From the NCBI GenBank assembly GCA_045586685.1, contig JAZNAU010000022.1:1-36184 (forward strand): a DNA stretch of 36,184 bases, in the 5' to 3' direction. Both the position numbers and the translations under genes were made by a program. The notes under the pieces are model-generated. The model was not told the origin of the DNA. It ran no database searches and worked only from the letters and a program-made list of their open reading frames with translations. Within the stretch, counting starts at the first letter, position 1; each line of letters begins with the position of its first letter. Below, in pieces: positions 8,915-18,791 of the stretch. This stretch comes from Clostridia bacterium (GTDB lineage Bacteria > Bacillota > Clostridia > HGM11514).

Positions 8915-9778
8915 GTGATAAAAGACATAGCAAGACGTTTGGATTTTCCGGAGGAAGCAACTGCTTTTTTGGGAGAATGCTTTGATAAAATGACAGCCTT
9001 GGAAGACGGAGACGACCGGTTGGCATTGGCAATGGATGCTTATTTCGGGGATAAGGATTATGCTGAAATATTGAACAGTTTAGCAGAACAAACAGGCTAT
9101 CATCATTATTCGGTTGATATGGTTTTTTTGCTGATGTGTGCGGAGGCATTGCATGATATTTATTACATAAAAGAATTGCCCGATGAAATGTTCTGGGATG
9201 CTATGTCGGATTTGAGATGTAAGGTGGTAGAGTGTAAAGCCTGGTATGATATCTGGGGAACGTGTACGATCCAATGGCTTCGCGGTTATTTTCATATGGA
9301 ACGATTCGGTTTTGGAAGGCTTAATTATGATACCATTGAATTTCCTTACGACGATTATAAAGGTGTGCTGAAAAAGGGAGATACGGTTTGGACTTGTCAT
9401 GTACCTTCCAAAGGACCATTGCTGGTAGAAGATGTGTTGGAATCTTTTAAACGGGCGCATGCTTTTTATAAGGACGAGTTAAAGAATGGGATATTGCCTA
9501 TTGCATGCCGTTCCTGGCTTTCTTATACGCCTCATTATGATGTCTTTCCTGAAAATTCTAATCTTCGTAAATTTTATGATTTGTTTGATATTATTGATAA
9601 CGAAGAAGGGGCAGGAAGTAACATTTGCAGAATATTTAATGTGCTTGAAACGGATGATTACAGTACTCTTCCTGAAAACACTACCTTACAAAAACGGTTT
9701 AAAAAGTTTTTGATGGAGGGAAATATTATGGGAGAAGGCTTTGGAATGGTTTTATTTGATGGAGAAAAAATTTTATAA
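8915..9778 (+). CDS. DUF5596/GNAT-like acyltransferase domain protein
   Basis: FGRLNY, CHVP..GPL and CRSWL resemble the LGRLQF / HIP..GPL / CxSWL motifs of this family. AAGGAG RBS before GTG. Confidence 0.6.
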   Translation: MIKDIARRLDFPEEATAFLGECFDKMTALEDGDDRLALAMDAYFGDKDYAEILNSLAEQTGYHHYSVDMVFLLMCAEALHDIYYIKELPDEMFWDAMSDLRCKVVECKAWYDIWGTCTIQWLRGYFHMERFGFGRLNYDTIEFPYDDYKGVLKKGDTVWTCHVPSKGPLLVEDVLESFKRAHAFYKDELKNGILPIACRSWLSYTPHYDVFPENSNLRKFYDLFDIIDNEEGAGSNICRIFNVLETDDYSTLPENTTLQKRFKKFLMEGNIMGEGFGMVLFDGEKIL

Positions 9779-9794
9779 AAATTGTTAAAAAAGC

Positions 9795-9823
9795 TTGCAT
9801 TTGTAAAAAAAATGTGGTATAAT
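9795..9823 (+). promoter_or_regulatory. SigA promoter of rpsB-tsf
   Basis: TTGCAT, 17 nt, TG-N-TATAAT. Confidence 0.8.
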
Positions 9824-9844
9824 ATTTTGGCAATAATTTAGAAT

Positions 9845-9910
9845 ACACACATCTCGGGAGGAAAAACGGGTTGCCCAAAGGGTTTGTTTTTTCGAAGAGC
9901 GAGGTGGAGG
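9845..9910 (+). promoter_or_regulatory. Probable S2 (rpsB) autoregulatory leader
   Basis: ACACAC start, CATCTCG/CGAGGTG closing helix and internal GCCC-AAA-GGGT hairpin in the rpsB 5' UTR. Confidence 0.5.
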
Positions 9911-9936
9911 TATCAAAAAACAGGAGGTATGTAAAA

Positions 9937-10668
9937 ATGGCAGTTATTGCAATGAAACAACTGTTGGAAGCCGGTGTTCATTTCGGACACCAGACCAGAA
10001 GATGGAATCCTAAAATGGCGGAGTACATCTTCACAGAAAGAAACGGAATCTATATTATCGACTTGCAAAAGACGGTAAAGAAGATTGAAGAAGCGTATGA
10101 CTTCATCAGAGAAGTTGCTGCAAATGGAGATGATGTTCTGTTTGTAGGAACCAAGAAGCAGGCTCAGGATTCCATTAAGGAAGAAGCAGAACGGGTAGGA
10201 ATGTACTTCGTAAATGCAAGATGGCTGGGCGGTATGATGACCAACTTCAAAACCATCCGTAAAAGAATTGACAGACTAAACCAGATTAAAAAGATGGAAG
10301 AAGACGGCACCTTTGATTTGTTGCCTAAGAAGGAAGTTATCAAATTAAAGGGCGAACTGGAAAAATTGGAAAAGTTTTTGGGCGGTATTAAAGAAATGAA
10401 GCGTCTGCCCGGTGCTTTGTTCGTAGTGGACCCCAAGAAAGAACACATTGCCATCATGGAAGCAAAGAAATTGGGTATTCCTGTTGTTGCAATCGTTGAT
10501 ACCAACTGCGATCCGGAAGAAGTGGATTATGTAATCCCCGGCAATGACGATGCAATCCGTGCCGTTAAGCTGATTGCTTCCACTATTGCAAACGCAATTC
10601 TGGAAGGAAAGCAGGGGGAACAGTTTGCCGTGGATGAAGCAGAAGAAACAGAAGAAGCTGCTGAATAA
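9937..10668 (+). CDS. rpsB: 30S ribosomal protein S2
   Basis: [46 protein letters not shown] before ATG 9937. Confidence 0.98.
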   Translation: MAVIAMKQLLEAGVHFGHQTRRWNPKMAEYIFTERNGIYIIDLQKTVKKIEEAYDFIREVAANGDDVLFVGTKKQAQDSIKEEAERVGMYFVNARWLGGMMTNFKTIRKRIDRLNQIKKMEEDGTFDLLPKKEVIKLKGELEKLEKFLGGIKEMKRLPGALFVVDPKKEHIAIMEAKKLGIPVVAIVDTNCDPEEVDYVIPGNDDAIRAVKLIASTIANAILEGKQGEQFAVDEAEETEEAAE

Positions 10669-10706
10669 TTCAAATCTGAAATTGAACCGAAAGGATTGTG
10701 AATAAT

Positions 10707-11588
10707 ATGATTACAGCACAGGCTGTTAAAGATTTAAGAGAAAAGACCGGTTGCGGTATGATGGAATGTAAAAAAGCATTGACCGAAACCGGCGGTGATA
10801 TGGAAAAAGCGATTGAATTTCTGCGCGAACGCGGAATGCAGGTTGCTGAAAAGAAGGCAGGAAGAATTGCTTCCGAAGGTCTGGTTTATGCATTGGAAGA
10901 AAACGGAATTGGCGTTCTGTTGGAAGTAAATGCTGAAACTGACTTTGTTGCGAAGAATGCAGAATTTGTTGATTTTGTAAAGGCTACTGCTAAAATCGTT
11001 GCAGAAAAGAATCCTGCTGACGTGGAAGCTCTGAAGGCTCTGCCTTTTGAATCCGAAACGGTTGCTGAAAAGTTGACTGCATTGATTGCTAAAATCGGTG
11101 AAAACATGAATATCAGACGGTTTGTTCGTCTGGAAGGCAATGTTTGCTCCTACATCCATGGCGGCGGAAGAATCGGCGTTATGGTAGTGGCAGAAGGTGC
11201 TCTGGAAGGAGAGGCTTACGAAGCTGCAAGAGATGTGGCAATGCAGATTGCTGCAATCAATCCTCCTTATCTGTCCAAGGAAACCGTTCCTGCGGAAGAT
11301 TTGGAAAAGGAAAAACGCATTATTACAGCTCAGATTAAGGAAGATCCTAAGAATGCTTCCAAGCCTGACAACATCATTGAAAAGATGTTGGGCGGGAAGA
11401 TCAGTAAGTTCTACGATCAAAATTGCTTACTGCAACAGGAATTTGTAAAGGACAGCTCTTTGAAGGTGGAAGCTTATCTGGCATCTAAGGGTGTTAAGGT
11501 AATCGACTTTGTTCGTTATGAAAAGGGAGAAGGTCTGGAAAAGAAAGAAGACAACTTTGCAGAAGAAGTTGCAAGCATGACCAAATGA
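10707..11588 (+). CDS. tsf: Elongation factor Ts
   Basis: VKDLREKTGCGMMECKKAL, EVNAETDFVAKN, IGENMNIRRF, SYIHGGGRIGV. Start is 10698 or 10707. Confidence 0.97.
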   Translation: MITAQAVKDLREKTGCGMMECKKALTETGGDMEKAIEFLRERGMQVAEKKAGRIASEGLVYALEENGIGVLLEVNAETDFVAKNAEFVDFVKATAKIVAEKNPADVEALKALPFESETVAEKLTALIAKIGENMNIRRFVRLEGNVCSYIHGGGRIGVMVVAEGALEGEAYEAARDVAMQIAAINPPYLSKETVPAEDLEKEKRIITAQIKEDPKNASKPDNIIEKMLGGKISKFYDQNCLLQQEFVKDSSLKVEAYLASKGVKVIDFVRYEKGEGLEKKEDNFAEEVASMTK

Positions 11589-11697
11589 GAAATAATTAAA
11601 TCAGAATCCCGTACAAATTGGACAGAACCAGTAAAAACGGACAACAGAAAAAAACATCCCCCTATGGTATAATGAAAATATCATAGGGGGAATTTTT

Positions 11698-12032
11698 ATT
11701 TCAAGAAGTTATCGTCACATTAAAGATTATGAAAAAGAAATTTTAAAACTTAAAGAAAAGGGTTTTACTAAAAAAGAAATAGGAAATCAATTAGGTTTTA
11801 GTAAGGATCAAATCTACAACTTTTTTGTAGGTACAATAGAAATCAACGAAAACTTGCAGCAGGAATAGCTATAAAACCCAAGGGGCGACCACCAAAGGAC
11901 TATGCTGTAAGTGAACAGGATAAAGTTGCAGAACTAAAATATATTCTCGCTCGCAAAGAAGCAAAAATTAAAAGTTTGGAGATGGAAAATGAACTGATGC
12001 GGGATTTTCTTTCGCTCACAGAAAGGAAGTGA
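11698..12032 (+). pseudogene. IS3 OrfA (HTH transposase) with lost start codon and frameshift
   Basis: Reads SRSYRHIKDYEKEILKLKEKGFTKKEIG..., frameshift near 11828, then ...KGRPPKD...LEMENELMRDFLSLTERK*. Presumed start is ATT instead of ATG. Confidence 0.75.
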
Positions 12033-12851
12033 GAACAAGCGTAAAATATATGGTTATCTACCATCACAAAGACAAGTATTCAATTAGTGAAATGTGTAGA
12101 TTTTTTAAAGTATCAAGAAGTGGATATTATGCTTATGTAGTCCGAATGGATATCCCGGCAAAAGACTTGCCATTGGCAGAAAAGATAAAAGAATGCCAGG
12201 ATAAGTGCGGGAAAACGTATGGTTATCGCAGAGTACAAATATGGCTCGAAAGACACGGAATACACTATAATCCTAAAACAGTCCTACGAGTAATGCAGAA
12301 ATACAATTTGTTATCTATTGTTAGAAGAAAGAAATATCGTAATTACGGAGAATATCTGCATCGTTATCCTAATTTACTAAACAGAGATTTTTAAGCAGAA
12401 AAATCAAATCAAAAATGGGTTACAGATATTTCTTATATCAAAACAAAACAAGGAACATTGTGTTTATCTGTAATTAGAGATTTGTTTGATAACAGTATTG
12501 TTGCTTACAGAACCGGAACGGAACAGAATATTAACCTTGTTCTTTCTACAATCAGAGCAGCAACTCCACAGTGACCAAGGCTTTCAGTATACTTCACACG
12601 CGTACTTTAAGCTAACTAAATCATACAACATTACACCATCAATGTCAAGGAAAGGAAATCCATATGATAATTCTTTAGCTGAAAATTTCTTTTCTATTCT
12701 CAAAACAGAATGTATTTACAGAATCAAACTCAAAACCTATGATGAGGCTCGCTTCATCATAGATGAATATATTCATTTCTACAATAACGAAAGAATACAA
12801 CTAAAAACAAAACTGACACCACAAGAAATGCGATGTCAGTATGATGCTTAA
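12029..12851 (+). pseudogene. IS3 OrfB DDE transposase, interrupted
   Basis: YGYRRV and PNLLNRDF, then in-frame TAA at 12392 before KWVTDISY. A frame change/deletion near 12555 precedes LHSDQGFQY, SRKGNPYDN, AENFFSILKTE. Confidence 0.85.
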
Positions 12852-12954
12852 AATTTAATATTTACTACCATAGGGGCTCTTTTTGTATTGTCTGTACAAA
12901 ATGGTGCAGTCCATGTACGGGGGGATCATTATTATTTAATGACATAATACGGAT

Positions 12955-13596
12955 TTAATCAACCGTTTCTGCGGTATATTTTGAAATTTCCGCTTTCATT
13001 CTGCACAGTTTTTTGTCGATTTTTGCCATATCGTCTGCAGTTTGCTTAATTTCATCTTGTAATGCTTTGGGAATTTGGATTCCCGATTTATAGTAAATTT
13101 TGTGTTCCAAGCCCGCCCACAAATCCATGGCAACGGTGCGAATCTGAATTTCAATTCTAACGGGCGTTACCCGGTCAGTGAGAAACACAGGCACCTCCAC
13201 AATCATATGATAGCTTCGATATCCGTTAGGTTTTGGATTTTTAATATAGTCTTTAATGGTTAAAACGGTAATGTCGTTTTGTCGTTTTAACTGTTCTGCT
13301 ATGGTATACACGTCCTCAATCAAGGAGCAGATGACTCGGATTCCGCCAATGTCATTTAAATGCTGTCTGGCATTTTCCAAGGTTGGCTCCAAACCCATTC
13401 GCCGTAGTTTTCCCATAATATTCCGAGGGCTTTTGTTACGGCTTGTGATATGTTCAATAGGGTTATAATCATGCAAAAAATGATATTCATCGTTGATGAT
13501 GTTGAGTTTCGTTTCCATTTCGTCAATCCCAAATTTGCTCATCAAAAGCAATCGGGTCCAATCTTTTTGTGATTCTAAGTCGATCGTTTCCGGCAT
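12955..13596 (-). CDS. Small alarmone synthetase / GTP pyrophosphokinase (RelP/RelQ, YwaC/YjbM-like)
   Basis: NPIEHITSRNKS, DIGGIRVIC, KDYIKNPKPNGYRSYH, EIQIRTVAMDLWAGLEH. Confidence 0.92.
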   Translation of the reverse strand: MPETIDLESQKDWTRLLLMSKFGIDEMETKLNIINDEYHFLHDYNPIEHITSRNKSPRNIMGKLRRMGLEPTLENARQHLNDIGGIRVICSLIEDVYTIAEQLKRQNDITVLTIKDYIKNPKPNGYRSYHMIVEVPVFLTDRVTPVRIEIQIRTVAMDLWAGLEHKIYYKSGIQIPKALQDEIKQTADDMAKIDKKLCRMKAEISKYTAETVD

Positions 13597-13691
13597 GTTG
13601 ATCCCTCCTTTGTATTTTTACTTTCATTATACTGCATTTTTTCAGGAAAAACAAGTAAAATCAGAAAAGTTCATAATTGTTTACATTAAGG

Positions 13692-15128
13692 TCATATTGA
13701 TCTGGAGTAAAGTTTGTTAAGACGTTTCCAAAAGTGTCGATCAATGCTGTTCATTTGTTCTCGTGTCATTCGATATTGCCAGTTTCCGTCTGCTTTTCCG
13801 GGAATGTTTAGACGTGTGTCGGAGCCGTATTTTAACAAATCTTGTACAGGCAAAATTGTAAGACCTGCCCCTGATACAAACAGACTGCGGATCACATGGT
13901 CATATCCCCGTTCCCAGTCAGAATCAGTATAACCGCAGTATTCCAGCAAGTTTTTCTTGTTTTGCTCATCCAATTCCCACAGAAATCCGAGTAATGTATT
14001 GTTATCATGGGTGCCTGTATAAGCAACCGTGTTCTGATGATAATGGTGGGGGCGGTGAATGGAGGAGTCATCTCCTAAAAATCCGAATTGCAAAACTCTC
14101 ATACCCGGAAAACCGCTACTCTTTACCAGTTGTTCTACCTGAGGGGTAATTTCCCCTAAATCTTCTGCCACAATCAGTTTTTCCCCTGCAATTTCTTGAA
14201 ATTTTTCAATCAATTTCATACCGGGGCCCTGTTCCCAATGCCCGTTTTTGGCAGAAGGGGCGTCGGAAGGGATTGCCCAGTAGGATTCAAAACCGCGGAA
14301 GTGGTCTAACCGCACTCCGTCAAACATAGTAAGCATATGACGTATTCGGTCACACCACCAGCGAAATCCATCTAGCTCCATTGTCTCCCAGCAGTACAGG
14401 GGATTGCCCCAGTGCTGTCCCTCAGGAGTGAAATAATCAGGAGGAACTCCCGCAACCAAGGCAGGATTTCCGTCTTTATCCAGTATAAACTGCTCCTGAT
14501 GAAAATAAACATCTGCACTGTCACGCGCCACATAAATGGGAATATCTCCTAAAATCTGAATTCCTTTTTTGTGGGCATAGTCCAATAGTTCATTCCATTG
14601 ACGAAAAAAGTGAAACTGAATAAATTTCCACAAAAAGAGGGTGTTGGAATCTCCCTCCTTCACTGTCCACTCGTTCCAATGCTTATTGTCGTTTGCCGCT
14701 TTCAAACTCATAAATCGGCAAAATTGTTCTAAATAGGGATTGCTTTTTATAAAGTGCTCGATCTCTTCTTTGTTTTGTGCCCGACGAGCGGCTGTGTTCA
14801 AAAGTTCTAACCGATTATGATACAGACGTACATATTCACAACTGTAGGGAAATTGCTGACGGTGATGTTGCAGTTCTTCCTGTGTGAGCAAGCCTTGCTC
14901 GTAAAGTTTGGGCAAATCTACAAAATAGGGATTCCCGCCAAACGCCGAATGGGATTGATAGGGCGAGTTGCATGCATCAATGGGGCAAAGAGGAAGTACC
15001 TGCCACCAAGAGAAACCGCAGTCTGCCAAAAAGTCAATCCATTCTTTTGCTTCATTTCCAAAACTCCCTGTGGAATATTCGCCAAACAGAGAGGTGATAT
15101 GCATGAGTACACCGCTGCTTCGTTTCAT
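13692..15128 (-). CDS. malQ: 4-alpha-glucanotransferase (amylomaltase, GH77)
   Basis: RSSGVLMHITSL, WQVLPL, GDIPIYV, GVPPDYF, WGNPLY, RLDHFRG, AEDLG, YTGTHDN. Confidence 0.95.
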   Translation of the reverse strand: MKRSSGVLMHITSLFGEYSTGSFGNEAKEWIDFLADCGFSWWQVLPLCPIDACNSPYQSHSAFGGNPYFVDLPKLYEQGLLTQEELQHHRQQFPYSCEYVRLYHNRLELLNTAARRAQNKEEIEHFIKSNPYLEQFCRFMSLKAANDNKHWNEWTVKEGDSNTLFLWKFIQFHFFRQWNELLDYAHKKGIQILGDIPIYVARDSADVYFHQEQFILDKDGNPALVAGVPPDYFTPEGQHWGNPLYCWETMELDGFRWWCDRIRHMLTMFDGVRLDHFRGFESYWAIPSDAPSAKNGHWEQGPGMKLIEKFQEIAGEKLIVAEDLGEITPQVEQLVKSSGFPGMRVLQFGFLGDDSSIHRPHHYHQNTVAYTGTHDNNTLLGFLWELDEQNKKNLLEYCGYTDSDWERGYDHVIRSLFVSGAGLTILPVQDLLKYGSDTRLNIPGKADGNWQYRMTREQMNSIDRHFWKRLNKLYSRSI

Positions 15129-15161
15129 ATTGTCCTCCTATATAAAGTTAATGCTAATTTA

Positions 15162-15190
15162 ATTGTAATCTTTTTTTCCTGCTTTGTCAA
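15162..15190 (-). promoter_or_regulatory. SigA promoter of malQ
   Basis: Minus strand TTGACA, 17 nt, TACAAT. Confidence 0.7.
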
Positions 15191-15210
15191 TGCTGTTTCT
15201 GCTGTAATTA

Positions 15211-15249
15211 AATGGGAGGGAAATTTCGTTTTAAAATTTTCCTCCCATT
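15211..15249 (-). terminator. Terminator hairpin after ispA
   Basis: AATGGGAGGGAAATTT / AAATTTTCCTCCCATT inverted repeat. Confidence 0.65.
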
Positions 15250-15261
15250 GGTATTTTCAGT

Positions 15262-16116
15262 TTATTGTTTCCTGTTCATGAGCTGTTCTGCAAGAGTAAT
15301 AAAAAAGTCAGGTTCCCTTAGTTTTTTTGCGGCATTGACGGATTTTTCGGTATATTCTTGCGCTAATGCAAAGGAACGTTCTAATCCATACATGGTCACA
15401 AAAGTAGTTTTTTTCTGCTCTGCATCACTGCCGACAGGTTTTCCAAGGCTTTCTGTTCCTGTTACATCCAGAATATCATCTTGAATCTGGAAAGCAAGTC
15501 CTAAAGCGTCTCCATAGGCGTTTAGCTGCTCCAATTCTTGTTCCGTAGCGCCTGCGGCGATACCTCCAAGCAACATTGCCGCCTGAAGAAGGGCACCTGT
15601 TTTATGGCGATGTAAAAAGGTCAGGGTTTCTTCTGAAATATCCTTCCCTTCCGATTCCATATCCACCACCTGACCCCCTATCATTCCTTCCATTCCGGCA
15701 AGGTGAGAAAGGGTTTGAATTCCTTTTATAATACGGTCTGCAGGCAGGTCAGCTTTGGCGGCTGTTTCAAAGGCGAGGGTCAGAAGTCCGTCCCCTGCCA
15801 GTACTGCCATTGCCTCCCCGTAAACCTTATGGCAAGTGGGTTTTCCCCGTCTAAAATCATCATTGTCCATACAAGGAAGGTCGTCATGAATTAAGGAATA
15901 AGTATGAATCATCTCCAAAGCACAGGCAAAGGGGAGAGCATCCTCTTTGTTTCCTCCGCAAGCCACACAGGCGGCAATCGTCAGGGTGGGACGAATCCGT
16001 TTTCCTCCTGCGGACACTGCATGGTTCATTGCTTTCAATATGGTTTCGTGAGGACCGGAAAGAGGTTTGAGATACTCTGTTAATGCAGATTCAATTAGTT
16101 CTTTATACCGATTCAT
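15262..16116 (-). CDS. ispA: Farnesyl/geranyl diphosphate synthase (polyprenyl synthetase)
   Basis: GGKRIRP, YSLIHDDLPCMDNDDFRRGKPT, HKTG, FQIQDDILD. Lies downstream of xseB. Confidence 0.93.
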   Translation of the reverse strand: MNRYKELIESALTEYLKPLSGPHETILKAMNHAVSAGGKRIRPTLTIAACVACGGNKEDALPFACALEMIHTYSLIHDDLPCMDNDDFRRGKPTCHKVYGEAMAVLAGDGLLTLAFETAAKADLPADRIIKGIQTLSHLAGMEGMIGGQVVDMESEGKDISEETLTFLHRHKTGALLQAAMLLGGIAAGATEQELEQLNAYGDALGLAFQIQDDILDVTGTESLGKPVGSDAEQKKTTFVTMYGLERSFALAQEYTEKSVNAAKKLREPDFFITLAEQLMNRKQ

Positions 16117-16354
16117 CCTCTTCACCTTCTTCTGCAGAAAACAGTTTTGCCTTCATGTTTCCTTGACTATCTTTGGTTAAAATTGCAATTTTTTGCTGTG
16201 CATCCTCCAGTGCGTTGGAGCAAAAACGGGTCAGCTCTACGCCCTTTTCAAATAATTTCAAAGAGTCATCCAGAGGAATTTCTCCGCTTTCTAATTGTTT
16301 TGTAATTTGTTCTAATTCAAGCATTGCCTGCTCAAAGGTCCTTTCTTTACTCAC
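16103..16354 (-). CDS. xseB: Exodeoxyribonuclease VII small subunit
   Basis: TFEQAMLELEQI, LESGEIPLDDSLKLFEKGVEL. Synteny with xseA. Confidence 0.93.
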   Translation of the reverse strand: MSKERTFEQAMLELEQITKQLESGEIPLDDSLKLFEKGVELTRFCSNALEDAQQKIAILTKDSQGNMKAKLFSAEEGEEDESV

Positions 16355-17562
16355 TGTGTCGCCTCCGTTTTTTTAATTTTTGTGACAGTACAATCCGCTG
16401 TACCGTCTGCAAATGTTAAGGAGATTTCCTGTCCCTGTTGTAATTGGTCTGCACGAGAAATCAGAACTCCTGCATTGTCGGCTGCTGTTGTATATCCTCG
16501 TCTTAATACGGATAACGGGCTTAACGCTTGCAATTTTTCTGCTAAGGCTCCCAATCGTTCCCGACGTAAGGTGTGAGTTTGTTGGGTTTCTCTGTTCAGT
16601 CGTTGTACCACTCTGTCTAAATCCAACTGCCGCCTCTCAATTTGCTCCAAGGGATTGGTATAGATTCTTCTGTTCGCAATGCTTTTGAGCAATTCCTTTC
16701 GTTGTTCCATTCCGGTCATATAAGCTTTATGAAGCCGTAGATAGTATCCTGCAAACCGTTCCTCCAATTCTGATTGAGAGGGAACTGCCAGCTCTGCTGC
16801 GGCAGAAGGGGTGGGAGCACGTAAATCTGCCACAAAATCAGCAATAGTAAAATCTGTTTCGTGTCCTACTGCAGAAATAACGGGGATACGGCAATCGGCA
16901 ATGGCTCTTGCCACTCCTTCGTCATTAAATGCCCATAAATCTTCAATCGACCCGCCACCACGACCTATAATCAGGACATCTGCCCATCCGGTAGTGTGGA
17001 AATAATGAAGTGCCTGAATTAAATCGGAAGGTGCTTCTGCTCCCTGTACCAATACGGGATATAAATAAACATCCGCCAATTTATAACGGCGGGATAAAAC
17101 ATTGATGATATCACGGATGGCCGCTCCTGTAGGGGAGGTAATCACCCCAATCCGACGGGGGAAGGAAGGGAGGGGCTTTTTTCGTTCCTGATCAAACAAG
17201 CCTTCCGTTTCCAGTTTTTGTTTTAACTGCTCATAAGCTAGATATAGCGCACCGATACCGTCAGGTTGCATTTCCTCTGCATATAACTGATACTGACCAT
17301 CACGTTCATATACGCTGATTCTTCCTGATACAATAACCTTCTGACCGCTTTCCGGATGAAAATTCAGGTAGGATACGTTAGTTTTAAACATGACTCCCCG
17401 CACGACGGAGGATTCATCCTTTAACGCAAAATACAGATGACCGGAATAATGGAGCTTACAGTTGGAAAGCTCTCCCTTTACTGTAATCCGCCCTAAGAGA
17501 GGATCACAGTCGATCATCCGTTTTAAGTATCGGTTCAGCTCGGTTACAGTGATTACTGCCAT
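16351..17562 (-). CDS. xseA: Exodeoxyribonuclease VII large subunit
   Basis: GELSN, SGHLYFALKD, GVITSPTGAAIRD, GRGGGSIEDLWAFN, SAVGHETD, RAPTPSAAAE. Confidence 0.97.
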   Translation of the reverse strand: MAVITVTELNRYLKRMIDCDPLLGRITVKGELSNCKLHYSGHLYFALKDESSVVRGVMFKTNVSYLNFHPESGQKVIVSGRISVYERDGQYQLYAEEMQPDGIGALYLAYEQLKQKLETEGLFDQERKKPLPSFPRRIGVITSPTGAAIRDIINVLSRRYKLADVYLYPVLVQGAEAPSDLIQALHYFHTTGWADVLIIGRGGGSIEDLWAFNDEGVARAIADCRIPVISAVGHETDFTIADFVADLRAPTPSAAAELAVPSQSELEERFAGYYLRLHKAYMTGMEQRKELLKSIANRRIYTNPLEQIERRQLDLDRVVQRLNRETQQTHTLRRERLGALAEKLQALSPLSVLRRGYTTAADNAGVLISRADQLQQGQEISLTFADGTADCTVTKIKKTEATQ

Positions 17563-17566
17563 AGGC

Positions 17567-17986
17567 TCACTCCTTCAGCACTCCTGCTAAAATTCCGTTA
17601 ACAAAGGCGCCTGCCTCCGGATTGTCATAGCATTTTGCCAGCTCTATGGCTTCATTTACGGAAACCGCTTGGGGAATATCCTCCCGATATTTTATCTCAT
17701 ATACCGCAATCCGCAAAATCGCACGCAGGGGTGCGGAAAGACGCCCTATCTCCCAACGATGGCTGTTGCGGTTAATAATTTCATCAATTTCTGTTAAATG
17801 CTCCCATACGCCTTCCAATTCTTCACGGACAAAATCCATATCTTGAGATTCTAATACAATCGCATCTTCTTCCTCCAGGTCGGAAAAGCATTGAAATTCG
17901 TTCCAAATTTCCTGAGGTTGTTTTTTACGCAGGTCGCACTGATACAACAGCACTAATGCTTGCTCACGGGCATTTCTTCTGCTCAT
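17567..17986 (-). CDS. nusB: Transcription antitermination factor NusB
   Basis: MSRRNAREQA, WEIGRL, ILRIAVYEI, NEAIELAK, FVNGILA. Confidence 0.95.
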   Translation of the reverse strand: MSRRNAREQALVLLYQCDLRKKQPQEIWNEFQCFSDLEEEDAIVLESQDMDFVREELEGVWEHLTEIDEIINRNSHRWEIGRLSAPLRAILRIAVYEIKYREDIPQAVSVNEAIELAKCYDNPEAGAFVNGILAGVLKE

Positions 17987-18167
17987 AGCTAAATGTTCCT
18001 TTCATTTACAAAATGTTCCTTCCATTATTGTATCATAAACATAGGCTTTTGTACAAGGTTTTTTATGAATTTTTGAAGAAATTTAACAGAATCGAAAAAA
18101 AGGTTTTACTTTTTTGGGAAAAAGGTGTATAATTATTGGTAAGAAAACCAAAAGGATGTGTAAACTT

Positions 18168-18782
18168 ATGACAAAACAGGATAAAACAAAAAAATTGGTG
18201 ATGATAGCAATGTTTTGTGCCATTATGGGCGTTATGGCTGTCACCAATATCGGAATGATACCCTTGGGCTTTATGAATGCGACAACGTTGCATATTCCTG
18301 TGATTCTTTGCGCGGTTTTATTGGGACCAAAAAGCGGAATGCTGATGGGTTTTGTGTTTGGGCTGATTAGTCTCTTAACCAACACCTTCCGTCCGAATAT
18401 TACCTCTTTTGTATTTTCTCCCTTTTATCAGTCGGAATACGGTAATCCGGTATTTAGCTTGTTGATTTGCTTTGTTCCCAGAATTCTGGTTGGTCTGGTT
18501 TCTGCTTTATGCTATCAAGGATTGAAGAAAACAAGATTGCCTTCCCTTGTTTCTTTGGGAATCACCGGATTTTTAGGTTCTATTACCAATACCATTTTTG
18601 TAATGGGTGGCATCTGGCTGTTGTTTGGAGAGGGTTATGCGGCAGCCAAAGGATTGGCGGTCAATGCATTGGGAAACGTGATTGGATCTGTTGTGTTGAT
18701 TAACGGTGTTCCTGAGGCGATAGTGGCGGCAGTGTTAACAGCGGCAATCGGAAAAGCATTGCAAAAATTCTTGCAGAAATGA
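18168..18782 (+). CDS. ECF transporter S component (PanT-like)
   Basis: About six TM helices, IGMIPLG, ATTLHIPVI, LGPKSG, PRILVG, TNTIFV, NGVPEA. Confidence 0.8.
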   Translation: MTKQDKTKKLVMIAMFCAIMGVMAVTNIGMIPLGFMNATTLHIPVILCAVLLGPKSGMLMGFVFGLISLLTNTFRPNITSFVFSPFYQSEYGNPVFSLLICFVPRILVGLVSALCYQGLKKTRLPSLVSLGITGFLGSITNTIFVMGGIWLLFGEGYAAAKGLAVNALGNVIGSVVLINGVPEAIVAAVLTAAIGKALQKFLQK

Positions 18783-18791
18783 GGAATCAAG

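Larger units (their letters stand above)
11619..12913 (+). mobile_element. IS3-family (IS150-like) insertion sequence, inactivated
   Basis: TG...CA ends. Imperfect ~48-bp terminal IRs: TGGACAGAACCA...CCCCTATGGTA versus reverse complement TGGACTGCACCA...CCCCTATGGTA. orfA/orfB organisation with DDE motifs. 1295 bp. Confidence 0.92.

Noticed and set aside
12955-13596. Small alarmone synthetase next to an IS as a toxSAS toxin-antitoxin module
   Set aside because: It resembles housekeeping RelP/RelQ, no adjacent antitoxin ORF is seen, and it lies outside the IS ends.
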